From NCBI RefSeq assembly GCF_009914755.1, contig NC_060930.1: a DNA stretch of 64,000 nucleotides; one strand, given 5' to 3'. Below the pieces are notes generated by a model. The model worked only from the letters and a program-made list of their open reading frames with translations. It was not told where the DNA came from and did not search any database. A program made the position numbers and the translations under genes. The stretch is from the human T2T-CHM13v2.0 reference genome, Homo sapiens. Positions 44,416-55,990 of this stretch are shown piece after piece; within the stretch, counting starts at the first letter, position 1, and each line of letters starts with the position of its first letter.

Positions 44416-45796
44416 CCCTGACAACCACTATCTGTTTTCTGCCCCTATAGTTTCTGCCTTTTCTAGAATATCATAATGCCTTCATATAGTATGTTGTCTT
44501 TTCAGTCTGGCTAGTGTCATTTGGCACAGTGCATTTAAAACCCATCCAAGTTGCTGCATGTCATTGCTTCATACTGCTGGCCTTTCAACTGGTGACAGAA
44601 TAGCAGGAAAGAATTGACTGAGAAGGGAGTTAAGACTTTGGAACAAACAAACAAAAAGGATCTAGGCTCAAATTCTTGATTTTGGGAAATTTATTTTTCA
44701 TAAAATGTGACTTTGTATTAATATTTGAATGAGCTTGTTTTTAAAGGAATTCATAAATATTTTTAACATTCCCCAAATTCATTCTGAAGTCTTTGAAAGC
44801 TGAGTCTCATCTTTATATCCTCAGCAGTACTTGACACAAAGTGTTCCAATAAATTTTTTATTGGATTTCAAGAATGAAAGAAAACCTGCATTTTGTAGGT
44901 ATTACTGCAAACAAAGGATTTTGCCAATATCAGGCAGACAAGCTAGGAAACGGCAACCAGGCAGAAGAGTTAAGCCAGAGATTCCCAAACTTTTTGGTCT
45001 CAGAATCCCTTTATAATGGTTTTAAAACTGATAACCTTAAAGAGCTTTTTGTTCATGTTATCAATCATTACTACAATATAAAATAAAACCAAGTATCCTC
45101 GTCTATAGGAATACTTCTTTCATAACAAGTTATAAGGATTAAATGAGATATAAAGGGTTTACCATAGTGGCTGGCCATAGTAACTGCTTAACAAACAGTA
45201 GTAGTTATTAGATAATTTGATAAAAGAAACAAATATATAACTCTGTTAACAATTATAAAGAAAAGTTTCAAATAGTCCCCCCAGCTTCTCCCAAAAGATT
45301 CAAAATAAATTGGTCTGAACACTGAGATTTTTAAAACTCCCCAGGTGGTTCTGATGAAAGGTCAAGTTTGCAAACCACTGGGGCAGAAGAAGGAATGAGA
45401 AGAGATGAATCTTCATTAAACTAATGAGAATAGATGACATACTGTATGGGATCTTGTTAAACTGCAGATCTGATTCAGTAGGACTGGGGTCACATATTTG
45501 GTATTTCTAACAAGTTCCCAGATGATGCCCACACTTTAAGGAACAAGAATAAATTTGCTTTACAAAAATGGAGAGTCTCCTATTGTAATGGCAAATACAA
45601 TTTAAAGGTGGTGTGAGCCAAATTACAGAGGACATTGAAGCTAGATAGAACAGTTTAGATTTGATATAGTAAAGACAGACATAGTTAGATTACAGGCATG
45701 AGATACCAAATCTAACAATTCCTTATGTGTGAAGAAACTGAAGTCCATTCTTTTTGCCCACGATCACAAAAGTAGGCAACATTCATGTCCTGAATC

Positions 45797-46098
45797 TTTT
45801 TTTTTTTTTTTTTTTTTTTTGAGACGAAGTTTCCCTCTGTTGCCCAGGCACTATCAGAGCTTGCTGCAACTGCCTCCACAAACCACCTCCTGGGCTCAAG
45901 CAATCCTCCCACCTCAGCCTTCTGAGTAGCTGGAACCTCAGGCATTTGCCACCTCGCCCGGCTAATTTTTTGTATTTTTAGTAGGAATGGGGCTTTGCCA
46001 TGCTGCCCAGGCTGGTCTCAACTCCTGAGCTCAACTGATCCACCTGCCTCAGCCTCCCAAAGTGCTGGGATTACAGGTGTGAGCCACCACACCTGGCC
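45797..46098 (-). mobile_element. Alu (AluJ-like)
   Basis: Poly-T plus antisense Alu; TSD CATGTCCTGAAT on both sides. Confidence 0.93.
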
Positions 46099-46129
46099 CA
46101 TGTCCTGAATATTTAGTAGATGATTGGCA

Positions 46130-47245
46130 GAAGTTCTCCAAGTGTGAAATCCCTAGGCCCTGGTAGTCCCCAGAATCCTTTCTGGAGATTCAGAAGTTGA
46201 AAACTATTCTCATAATAAATACTAAGATGCTATTTGCCTTTTTCACTGTGCTGACATTTGCACTCATGGTTCATAGCCACAGTGGGTAAAACTACTGGTG
46301 CATTAGCGTGAATCAAGACAGTGGCACCAAACTGCACCAGTAATCATTGTATTCTTCACCACAAGTTCAAAAAGGGACAATTTAAATTAAGACTGTGCTT
46401 CACAAAGCAGCATAAATTCATTTTATTGAAATTCAACCCTTGACTCTTTTTAATACTTTGTGGGGTAAAATATGAAGCATGCGTACATAAAGTCCTGCTG
46501 CATACCAAGATGTGATGGCTATCTCCAGGAAAAGTTTAGAGTTAAAAGCTAAACCAACCACTCTTCAAGGAACACCATTTTTACTTGAAAGAACAATTGT
46601 CAAACTGGTTATTCAGACTTCGCTTTTTGGCAGATTTTGTCAAATGAACAAAGGGAATCTATCACTTAAAGAAAAACTGACAGTATTTGATACCAATGAT
46701 AATTATGAGTCAAACTTTCAAATGAAAATTGGATTTTGAAAGACTTACATCCACAAGTATGAGCTTGACAACTCTTCAATACTTAGAATTTTCAGAGACA
46801 TTTCTGACAAGATCAGTTGTAATTTAATGAAATGTGATATTTTGATATTGTGTAATGAAACGTATCCATATTTAAAAGATGTGCATAACTCAGTAAACCA
46901 ACATTTTCTAAGTGGCCATGGCATCATGTTATAAAACCATGCATGGGTAAAAGAGCCTTTCAAAGTGCAAGATGGGCTAATGGATTTTAATGTAACAATG
47001 AATGAAATGCTCATTGATAGGGTTTCAGATTCCACCTTGCAGCTGACATGAATCTTCCACTTGTTGAGCTTTGGTGTAGTGTCAAAAAACATCCACAATT
47101 ATCTGAAAAACGCTCCTCTGTTTCTGACTACCTATCATTGCAGCTGTATTTTCTCCATACACTTCGACTAAAATAACATACCCCAAAAGACTGAATGTAG
47201 AAGGCAACAAAAGAAACCAGCCTTTCTTCTAATAAACCAGGATTT
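46130..47245. mobile_element. Charlie1-type hAT transposon fragment
   Basis: ATACTAAGATGCTATTTGCC...GTGGGTAAAACTACTGG...TTTACTTGAAAGAACAA. Confidence 0.78.
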
Positions 47246-48479
47246 AAAGAGATTTGCAGAAATTTAAACAAAAGTCCTTCTTCCTAATGCTTTTATCCAC
47301 GACAACATTCAATTCTGATTTTATTTGTCCTTGCTGTAATATTGCCAACTTAAATGGCCTCTCTTCTTCATCTATCCAAACTCTACCACAATTCTCATTT
47401 TCTTCCAATATTGTTGTCTATTCTCTTAAGTCCTGCTTTATTTATAGTCACACTTTGGCTTTCGGTCCATAAAATACATGTTTCAAGAATTTCAGTTTTC
47501 TCACTTATCTTCAGGCCCTCTTTAAAGCCGTATTTTGTTTGGTTTACATCCTCTTACAATTCACACCACTTCTGTACCGTAAATGTTTATTAATTTATAA
47601 CTGCCAAGATAGTCTCACGTAACTTTCATACATTACATGCTTATTTATTTTTTTCTAAACAAACTAAATCTGATGGACTGGAAAAGCCAGGGGGCTCTCC
47701 AAATACAGGACTGGGTGGCTGCAGAGACCACAGTCAACCTTTAGGGTTTCATTTCCTCCAAGAGAGGACTAACATGTTCCAGGGTAAAGGCAGTGTTTTT
47801 ATCTGTGACAGTGATGGCAGTAACAAGAGGATCCTTTTCTTAAATTTTCACACCATTCTTTTCTTTTATTTTCTTTTTTTAGTCTCTACTGCAAAAATCT
47901 ACTAGAACATACTACATAGGTACCAGACACCAACTGGATCTGACAATTAAAGTAAAACCAAACAAGCCTGATTTCCAGAACTGGAGGTTTTTGTTTTGCA
48001 ATGCAAAAAGGTCAAAATACGTGAGAACAGAAAGTAACTACAGCCTCGGACGATGAGAAAAGAGAAGATTTGAGAAGGTAGAGAAGTTATGAAAGGAAAT
48101 AAATTGAACTCCCAAATAAACCAAAGGGTTTTAATATGAACAGGGAAGTAATAGCCAGGCCACTCTGAGACATTTCTATCTACACTTTGCTCACTGAATA
48201 TGCAGAAATAAGATCGTTGGAAAAGAAAGCACCTGAGGTCAGACAGGTAGTAGTATATACTCCGATACTGGTAATAAAGAGGGCTACAGCTCCGCCCTCC
48301 ACAGGTATCTACACCAATCAAAAAAAGATTAGAAGAGAATGTGACACCTGGAAGTCAGAACGAGCAACTCACGTCATCAAGGCAGAATCACACAATGGGC
48401 ACAGAGGTTGGAGACTCACTAGCCCCAAGGGTAGGGAAAATGAGGGAAAAAACATACAGAGAAGGTGACAAGTAAACAA

Positions 48480-49250
48480 CGCCAGCGCCTACTTAACTTG
48501 CAAAGATCCAGCGCTGCCGCCCCACACCGTGTGACAATGTTTTACAGGGGACGAAAGGCCACCACATACTTCTCAACCCCGAGGGTCTCTTCCGCCCCCA
48601 AACCCCACCGGCCCCATTGCCCAAGTCAGCGATGACGGCAAGAGCTTCCAAAAAGGACCCTGCAACCCTAGACGTCATCGGTGAAATGACAGCAAAAGAG
48701 ACCGGAAATCGACACCCCCCTGCCCCCGCCGCCCGCCCAAGCCCCCAACACTAAGGAGCCCTCCACAGTCCAAGCTAAAAGCGGGGCGGGGCGAAGAGGG
48801 TCTCCGGGGCCCGGAGAGGCCAACTGCAGGGCCTGCCCCTCCCTTCCTCCCCCAGTCCAAACATGGGGAAAACTCCAAGCGCCTCCCCTACCAGTAGTAA
48901 GAGGCCGAATATGCACCAGCCGATCACCAGCTCCGCCGAGGCCGCGCCAGAAGTCGCCATCTTCGCTTCCGGTCCAGACCAACCTGAGCGCCCGGGGTGG
49001 GGAAAGGGGAGGGGGAAAGGGGAGAGAGCGCGAGATATACTGCACCCGCGCACCCTAAAGGTTAAAGGGGCGGAGGGGGAGGAGCAAGTGGTTGCCAAGG
49101 AGACTGGACCCACTAGCGTCCCCTGGCGGCGAGCCGAGCGGGGGCGGGGCAGCAAGGACTGCTCAGGGGCGGGGCGCGTGCGGACGCAGTGACATCACCA
49201 CGCTGCCCTCGCTGGCTTCCCTGCAAGCTGAGATGTGGGAGGGCTGCAGA
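48480..49250 (-). promoter_or_regulatory. LMBRD1: CpG-island promoter / 5'UTR of LMBRD1
   Basis: Sharp GC/CpG enrichment in an AT-rich background; GC boxes GGGGCGGGGC at 49141-49150 and 49166-49175, GGGGCGGAGG at 49067-49076; CRE/AP-1-like TGACATCA at 49190-49197; ETS CCGGAAG next to the ATG. Confidence 0.92.
48892..48960 (-). CDS. LMBRD1: LMBRD1 coding exon 1 (codons 1-23, MATSGAASAELVIGWCIFGLLLL)
   Basis: ATG at 48960-48958 (AAGATGG context); translation matches the LMBD1 N-terminus; donor CTG|GTAGGG with GT at 48891-48890; 69 nt. Confidence 0.98.
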
Positions 49251-49478
49251 GCAGGGTGTTGGCTCATAGCTGGGCAACCTATTGAGATATTTGACTCAGC
49301 CTAAGTTGATAGACTAGAACAGCAAGGGAACTCCACAAAGAATGGGCTAGGTGGACCTGGAGATCCAAGTCAATTTTAGAGGTTTATACTTCTTCACCAA
49401 AAGGAAGTTTGGCCCTCGTGTACAAGGTGGAATGTGTGTGATTAGCAGAACTCCTTACCAGGTTGCAAGAATGGCTGA

Positions 49479-49907
49479 TGTCAGGCCTCTGAGCCCAAGC
49501 TAAGCCATCATATCCCCAGTGACCTTCACGTATACATCCAGCTGGCCTGAAGCAACTGAAGATCCACAGAAGTGAAAATAGCTTAGCTGATGACATTCCA
49601 CCATTGTGATTTGTTTCTGCCCCACCCTAACTGATCAATGTTCTTTATAATCTCCCCCACCCTTAAGAAGTTTCTTTGTAATTCTCCCCACCCTTGAGAA
49701 TGTACTTTGTGAGATCTACCCCCTACCCCCAAAACATTGCTCTTCACTCCACCTCCTATCCGAAAAACTGTAAGAACCAATGATAATCCCACCACCCTTT
49801 GCCGACTCTCTTTTCGGACTCAGCCCGCCTGCACCCATGTGAAATAAACAGCCATGTTGCTCACACAAAGCCTGTTTGGTGGTCTCTTCACACGGACGCA
49901 TGAGACA
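49479..49907 (+). mobile_element. HERV-H solo LTR7 (type II U3; LTR7B/C-like)
   Basis: TGTCAGGCCTCTGAGCCCAAGCTAAGCC start, GGTCTCTTCACACGGACGCATGAGACA end, perfect 5-bp TSD GCTGA. Confidence 0.95.
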
Positions 49908-50131
49908 GCTGACTCTGAATAAAAGTTGACTAGCTGCCCAAATCACTCTAATTTACTGGCACTGGTGCCCAGCCGGGATAACTGGTTGGCTGGACATGAA
50001 CTTATCACATGATGTTATAGCCTTTCTATTCAGATGTATGCATGCCTGTGAATTTCCATGATAGCTTTGTATGTAAAGGTATATGCATCAGCAAACAAAA
50101 CACACTGCCATAGGCCCACAATGAAGAAGAA

Positions 50132-50205
50132 GGAGGAAACTCTTGGGATGGCTTACCTGAGTCCACAGGGAGGAAACTCTTGGGATGGCTTACCTGAGTC
50201 CACAG
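50132..50205. repeat. Perfect 37-bp tandem duplication
   Basis: GGAGGAAACTCTTGGGATGGCTTACCTGAGTCCACAG x2. Confidence 0.97.
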
Positions 50206-50719
50206 GGGTGTGAGTGCATGTTTCACCACTGTGATGTAGTCAAGAAACAACTCTGAGAAAAAATACCATCATCTTTTTCCAATGTATTATGTGGTGATGA
50301 GTTATGCTCTACCTATAATCTACTTCCGGCTGGAAGCCTGAGGGAAAAAGTAGGATGGTCCTTCCTGCCTGGACAGAATAAGAAGGGAATAGGGGAGAAT
50401 ACAGTTTTAACTTGAACTGGTACCATCATAAGCTGGCTTTAAGCCCTCTAGACCTGCAAATGTTTGAATTTCACTCTTTCTTCCTAATAATTCATATCCC
50501 TGGAGACCTCTGTCATAGCTTCCTTAAAGTGAAGAGAGGTATCGCTTCCAGGTTGATATCTCTATTCCAGATTGTATAGAGCACCCTTGACATAAGTAAC
50601 TACTTCTTAGAAAAAGATTCTGTTTACATTTCAAAAGGAATCATGCCAAAAGGGACCAGATGTTCACCTAATCAATAGAGACTGCACCCAACCAGATAAC
50701 GACATAACCAGGCACACTC

Positions 50720-50722
<3 letters not shown>

Positions 50723-50759
<37 letters not shown>

Positions 50760-51177
50760 CTTTAAGTTCTAGGGTACATGTGCACAACGTGCAGATTTGT
50801 TACATATGCATACATGTGCCATGTTGAGGTGCTGCACCCATTAACTAGTCTTACATCAGGTATATCTCCTAATGCTATCCCTCCCCACTTTCCCCCACCC
50901 TACAACAGGGCCCAGTGTGTGATGTTCCCCTTCCTGTGTCCAAGTGTTCTCATTGTTCAATTCCCACCTATGAGTGAGAACATGTGGTGTTTGGTTTTCT
51001 GTCCTTGCAATAGTTTGCTGAGAATGATGTTTTCCAGCTTCATCCATGTCCCTACAAAGAACATGAACTCATCCTTTTTTATGGCTGCATAGTATTCCAT
51101 GGTGTATATGTGCCACATTTTCTTAATCCAGTCTATCACTGATGGACATTTCAGTTGGTTCCAAGTATTTGCTATTG
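50723..51177 (-). mobile_element. 5'-truncated L1PA with (TAA)n tail inserted into an older LTR (about 50300-51712)
   Basis: L1 3'UTR/ORF2 end in antisense; 14-bp TSD CAGGCACACTCTTT at 50709-50722 and 51178-51191. Confidence 0.93.
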
Positions 51178-53469
51178 CAGGCACACTCTTTACTATCAGT
51201 CAACACCAGAGGACTCTGAGGCTATAAAAAGAGTAGAACTTCAACAGCTCAAGATAGCCATCTTAACAGACACTGTCTTACTGTCACTCATGATCAGCAT
51301 CTAGCATCTGCCACCAAAGGTTCTGCTCAAATCAAAGACTCTTCCTTGCAAAATGTTGATATGCATCCTGATCAGCCGAGGACACTCTCCTTGTCCATGT
51401 TGCTCTCCTTGGATTGGTTAATCCTGTTTTCCTAACCTTTCTCTTGATGTTAAATGTTATTTTCTTTTAGAATGTTTAGCCTATAATATTTATATGTTAT
51501 GTATACTACTATGTTTGGTTTGCAATATTGACTGACTTGTGGAATGGCTAGAGCTTTGTGTCCTTGGTTCTGACTACCAAATGAATGGGTACTACTAAGG
51601 AAAATTACCTCCTTCGGACCTTCATACAGCTCATGGCTTTTATGATTGAAATAGCATCAACAAAAGTCTGACTGTGGAAAGACACAAACTTGCAGGGACT
51701 TGAGCCACTGACAGGTAGTCACTTATATCTCCTCCACAAGCCCCAGAGCATACTGAGGTATACTTAATTATTCCTTTTCCTGCTGAGGTCTTGTAATCTT
51801 CTTCTAGAAGCTCATTTAAGTTGGAGGAGAGGCCTAAGACAACCCCAAGCCAGTTCTTCCCCTTTCCCCAAATAGTCTAAATCCCCTCTGTAGGAATGAT
51901 GATACATACCTTGCACCAACAACTTTGGGAGCACAGGCCAATCCCAATGTAGCTCCATTCTCCTAGTTCTACAATCAAAGGAATCAGCCCTTTTTGATTA
52001 TACCCAAGAAAGTCAGCCCCTGATGCTACAGTCCACTGTAGTTCTCTCTACTGGGTCAGACACTAGCCCTCTGTGTCCTCAATTTCAGGGGCCATATTTC
52101 AAATTCTCCAAGTAGCTCCCTTGAGGCCTCCCTTACTAGGCTAAGGGTTAGAAGGTAACACCCCACTCCAACCCACCCACCCCTCCACCTCACCCACAAA
52201 TACACCACTCTTTGGAGTTAAGGATGGAATTCCACAGGTCAGCAACAGTTCTCATTAAATAAATCTGTTTATGAATCTTCTCCTCTTGCTAATACATTTG
52301 TAGAAATTTTATTTGTCTGAGGGGTCTAAGAGTTATATAATAAATTCTTGAATCCCTTTTTAATTATGCATATAAGGGAGAATTCATAGTTAGAATGCAG
52401 ACAAGTAAAAATAAAAATCTGACCCTCCTCCATGGAAGCCCTGGGGCCTCCGTTTTTTCTGGGGACCAGGATCCAGGTCTCCTGCTCACCTGGAGGTAAG
52501 AAAGGGAGCCCAGAGTCAGGACCCAGTGAGAGGGTTCTGGAGCTGAAAGGAAAAAGACTCCCCTAAGGATCTTGAGGACAGTCAAAATTTGCTGAAATGT
52601 CCCATTTCTGGAGAACCCTACCATCTCCATGACTGCAAGCCCATGTTAGCCTGCTGGAGAATGAGATACCATGGGGAGGAGAGCCAAACTGCTCCAGTTG
52701 ACAGCCAACTCACACTCAGAAGCAGAGCCGCCTAGTCAACAGCAGCTGATCACATATGCCTGAAGGAGCCCACCTGAGCCCACAAGAATGGCCCAGTTGA
52801 GCCCTGCCCAAATGGCTGAGCAACTCCATCATGAGCTAGGAAGTCTTGCATGGTTTGTTATACAATAGCTAAGTAATATATGTACCCAGTATGAATGGGA
52901 TGTCAGGATTCAATGACAGGTTGATTACTAGTTACCTGCAAACAGAAAGCACCCGACAGGTACAGATTTCATTTTCCCCTTATTTAAAGTTGGATCTCTT
53001 GTTAGATGGTGGTGAGTTATACCAAAATGCATGTAGATGTGTGCATGTGATTGGTGCTTAAATTACGCAGTCCGCCATGCCACAGGAGGAAACAGCCATG
53101 GCCTGACCATTAGGGCCAAGGCCAAATAGCAAATAGCAAAATAAGAAGTTCACCTTTAATCTATTTCCTCCATACCTAAACTTTGGAGATCAAGGATGTA
53201 GACAGATCTGAAGACATTGAGTTTCCTTTTTGAGGGGCCTTATCATCCTTTGTTTACTGTCTGATCTCTGGAAGGAAGATGGACGCCAGGTGGGCAGCAG
53301 TGGTAACTGTGGACACTTTCTTCTTGTAAACCCTGCTTTCTAGGGGCAAAAATCTCTCACCCTTGGGCCTGAGGAGAGTTGTTGGGAGGCAGAGGCTGTT
53401 CCCTCACTTCTGGCAGGAAAGAGTGTTTCAGGCCCTTCACCTTCCTTAGATCAAGAGAGTCAGAGCCCT

Positions 53470-53750
53470 CAGAGCTGCACTTCAGTGTGGCAGCCACTAG
53501 CCACGTGGGGCTGCTGAGCACATGGAATAGGCTGCTCTGAACTGACATGTGCTGAAAACTTAACATATAGACAGAGTTGCCAAGATTTAGTGCCAAAAGC
53601 TATATACTTCATTAACAATTATATATTGATTACATATTAAAATGATAATATTTGGGATATATTGGGTCACATAAATTATTATGATAAAAAATCTTCCCCA
53701 CTGCTTTAAATTATATGTGAAATTGGAGCTTTTACTGAATCTGGACTAAA
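53470..53750. mobile_element. MER33/MER3-like hAT fragment
   Basis: GCAGCCACTAGCCACGTGGGGCTGCTGAGCAC...TATTTGGGATATATTGGG. Confidence 0.65.
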
Positions 53751-54492
53751 TATTTTTAACATCTGATGTGCCCTCCATTGAATTAAGTCCATTAAATAAA
53801 CTGGCCGAACCCTTTTGCTGCCTCTGACTGCCAAAGTTGTATTGGGCAGTTGCTTGACTTTCAGTTCGGAAAAGCCTCATATTTCTGTGTTGTTGACAAG
53901 AGTGACTAGTTACAGAGGAATAGTAATTTGAATCAGAAAGATGAGTAGAGTGAGAAGAAAAAGTCATTTTGGGGGGTAGGTATAGGCATGCATATCAACA
54001 TTCTCTTTATTCTTAAGTCTAGTCATTTAACATATAAATCAGATCAGCAAGGACTGAACACATTCTCTTGAATGATGTTTTTAAATCTAAGAAGCCTCTG
54101 AATCAGACCAGAGTTTTTTTAAAATAATATTTTTATTTGCTGTTTACAATTACAAAGGGAATACATGCTCATTTATAAATATTTCAATTTGAATAATTTA
54201 GAAACAAAAATCACTCTTATAAATTTACACAATCCTTCCTACCCTAAAATACTTCCCTTTAAGAGCTTCTGGGGCTTTTTGTATGCACATTCTGATGTGT
54301 TCAGTGAGAATGTAGAAAACTAATACCCCTTTCCTGTTCGCCGGTAGTTACTGTAGAATGCACTTACTTAACCCCTCACCCAACAACTCATGGAAAGATA
54401 CCAGGATTTCTGTGGACTCTGTTCCATTTTAAGTTCAAAGAAATGGTCAAAAAAGCTAGTCAACCCCAAGAGGTTTATTAAGAGAAGGTATC

Positions 54493-54927
54493 TGTCATGC
54501 CAGACCCCTATTGACTTCAGTAGCAATGGCACTATGTTCAAGAGGCCTAAGAGCAGACCCAGAGCCAGCAAAAAAGACATAGGGTTTACTGAGAAACTTA
54601 CATATAAGGAGAACATATAGGAGAAACACTACCATTTGTAAAAAGTATGCAGTTTATACAGCATTTTCACTTAGCACTCTCCCCCTAACAACACGGGGCA
54701 ACCTTCATTTAACCCAAAACAAAGGGCTTTAATCCCCTGTATGGCCTGTGTTCATGGGAATGGGCCGGGAGTTCAGATATTCCTCATACATAAGGAATGA
54801 ATCCCTGGGTTGGCCACTTCTAGACTCCTTAGCTTGTAATTCTGAACATACATTCTTCTTAGACCATAGGGTCTTTCTCAGAGTATGCACAAGTTAAGTT
54901 ATTGCTGTCAGGTGCGTCTGCCATAGA
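54493..54927 (-). mobile_element. ERVL solo LTR (LTR32/LTR47-like)
   Basis: Reverse strand begins TATGGCAGACGCACCTGACAGCAATAACTTAA. Confidence 0.7.
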
Positions 54928-55235
54928 ACATTCCAGAAAAACTTCTATCAAAACTAGACTCCCTTGGCTATATTAAGAGAGCTAGTAGCCTTTGAAGAAA
55001 AGCAAAGTTTATGAAGGAGCAACTATTTCTGCCCTCATTTCTCCAACCCTCAGCTTTTGAATGGTTTCTGTACCCTAGAGCCAGTTGAAGGAAGACACAG
55101 AATTTGAAGGGAGAGTGTGACCTGAGTTTTGGGAGAGGCCCTGCCTCTTGTAACTGCTGCAGGTGACTAGCACACAGAAATTCCCAGTATCTTGGTGAAG
55201 AAAGGGTATGGACTAGCTCCTCCCCATATTCTCAC

Positions 55236-55268
55236 CACACGCACGCACACACACACACACACACACAC
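55236..55268. repeat. (CA)n microsatellite
   Basis: CACACGCACGCACACACA... Confidence 0.9.
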
Positions 55269-55692
55269 CCATTGAACTCACTGAATGCTTTGGAGGATTG
55301 CCCCTGAGAATCACCCTATTCATGTGCTTATTCCTGTGGAAGCTGCGGAGAGATGGAACATCCTCTGCTGGGGGAGGCACACATGGAAAGCTGGGGAGCA
55401 GCCCCGAGGGGGGAACAAAACCAGGCAATGATTGCCTACAGAAAGGTCATTTTCAAGCCAAAACCAGGCAAAGATAAAACCAAAAAAATAAGACTACCGT
55501 GAACATAAATGCCAAAACTATTAAGAAAAGTGTTCATGAAGTAGGGACAATCCTCCACTGATCTTTACCCTCCATGGCATTCAATGAGTGCCCCTCCTGG
55601 AACTGGGGGATTGGGGGTGAGTTTGAGGGCCAGGAGGTATAACAGTGGTGTCTCATTCCCTTTATGAGGTGGTTTTAGAAAACCAAAGACAG

Positions 55693-55990
55693 AGCAGGGC
55701 GCGGTGGCTCACACCTGTAATCCTAGCACTTTGGGAGGCCGAGGAAGGCGGATCATGAGGTCAGGAGATGGAGACCATCCTGGCTAACATGGTGAAACCC
55801 TGTCTTTACTAAAAATACAAAAACTTAGCTGGGCGTGGTGGTGGGTGCCTGTAGTCCCAGCTACTCAGGAGGCTGAAGCAAGAGAATGGCATGAACCTGG
55901 GAGGCGGAGGTTGCAGTGAGCCGAGATAGCGCCACTGCACTCCAGCCTGGGTGACAGAGCCAGACTCCATCTCAAAAAACAAGCAAACGA
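55693..55990 (+). mobile_element. Alu (AluY/Sc-like)
   Basis: GAGACCATCCTGGCTAAC diagnostic; TSD AAAACCAAAGA(C/T)AG. Confidence 0.93.

Noticed and set aside
48863-49192. 109-aa plus-strand ORF antisense to exon 1
   Set aside because: Expected by chance in a GC-rich island; no recognisable protein similarity
49185-49200. GTGACATCAC as a TFEB CLEAR element for a lysosomal gene
   Set aside because: Lacks the CACGTG E-box core of GTCACGTGAC; better read as a CRE/AP-1-like site
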